Shown: positions 63,420-64,000 of the stretch, piece by piece
How positions within the stretch are numbered: position 1 is the first letter of the stretch
How the letters are laid out: each line of letters begins with the position of its first letter
Source: Vicugna vicugna
Taxonomy: Eukaryota
Length of the DNA: 64,000 nt
Reading direction: 5' to 3'
Assembly: GCA_013265495.1 (NCBI GenBank)
Contig: MU061579.1
Span: forward strand, 2,415,319 to 2,479,318
Translations under genes and position numbers: made by a program
The notes under the pieces: generated by a model
Databases searched by the model: none
The model's input: the letters and a program-made list of their open reading frames with translations, nothing else
What the model was told of the DNA's origin: nothing

Positions 63420-63650
63420 GCCACGATTATTTGTCAACTACCCCTGTTCCAGACTCTGAGTTTAATATCCTCCCATCATGGTGTCTAAATAAATGAATGA
63501 ATTGGTTTATGTTATCTCCATTTTCAGTTGGGAAAACTGAGTCTCAATCAAGTAAAATACAAATGTTTGACTATTAACTGAAAGATTTGGGAGTCCCAAA
63601 GCCTACCAGAATGACTTCAAGGTCTGTACTTCCACGCGCTTAATGACCAT
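63420..63650 (-). mobile_element. MIR SINE
   Basis: gttatctccattttcagttgggaaaactgagtctca...tgacttcaaggtctgtacttcca. Confidence 0.65.
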
Positions 63651-64000
63651 CCCACATAATCTTCCAAAGTAGACTTTTCAATCTGCTCCAATAATTGTGC
63701 CTTGTGGAGAGAATTTTCCTAATTAACTTAGCACACGGTGAGGATCAGACAAGAATTTCTTTCTAGTGACACTGTAAGGCAGTTAGAAATGAGTACCGGG
63801 AAAGGGGAGAGGAAGGGGGAGGGAGCAACCCAGAAAATAACAGTACGCTTGCATTCAGGATAAGCGGCTCCAAAAACTTTTGCTTTCTCTAAATGAAAGC
63901 TAGCAAAGAAGCTGGCTAGAACTGAATGCTGTGGCTGCACAGTAGAGAGAAAGACCCGGCTTAACTTGACCTAGTGTTGATTATAATGTAACTAACATTA

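Noticed and set aside
1..64000. CRISPR arrays, operons, tRNA/rRNA/snRNA genes, CpG-island promoter, processed pseudogenes
   Set aside because: None recognised. The DNA is mammalian intron, UTR and intergenic sequence, and the remaining short ORFs show no recognisable protein features.

Overview
AT-rich, CpG-depleted mammalian genomic DNA, not prokaryotic, so most entries in the ORF track are spurious. The L1 3' ends look cetartiodactyl-type. I saw no Alu, Bov-tA/A2, PRE-1, CHR or Can-SINE copies, so a camelid is the best guess (inference). The window holds the 3' end of protocadherin-7 (PCDH7) on the + strand. About 48.8 kb is the distal part of the very large last intron. The terminal coding exon (48788-49164) encodes the delta-protocadherin CM2 motif and the C-terminal ...RREVYL. 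It is followed by a ~4 kb 3' UTR with tandem poly(A) signals ending near 53.1 kb, then ~11 kb of intergenic DNA. The repeats are ordinary old ones: MIR, L2, L1 3' ends, MLT1 MaLR LTRs, an ERV1-type solo LTR with a 4-bp TSD, MER46C, MER58, MER103, MER3/33 and microsatellites. The most interesting signal is a set of exon-shaped modules inside the last intron, at 5341, 15182, 23260 and 24052. Each could be spliced in after the upstream phase-1 exon and would insert into, replace or truncate the CM2/WIRS/PDZ tail. Also notable are a 79-nt intronic two-helix hairpin (37060-37138) and a 15-bp-period MEF2-site array downstream of the gene. Repeat family names and boundaries come from recall of consensus sequences and are approximate; no searches were run.
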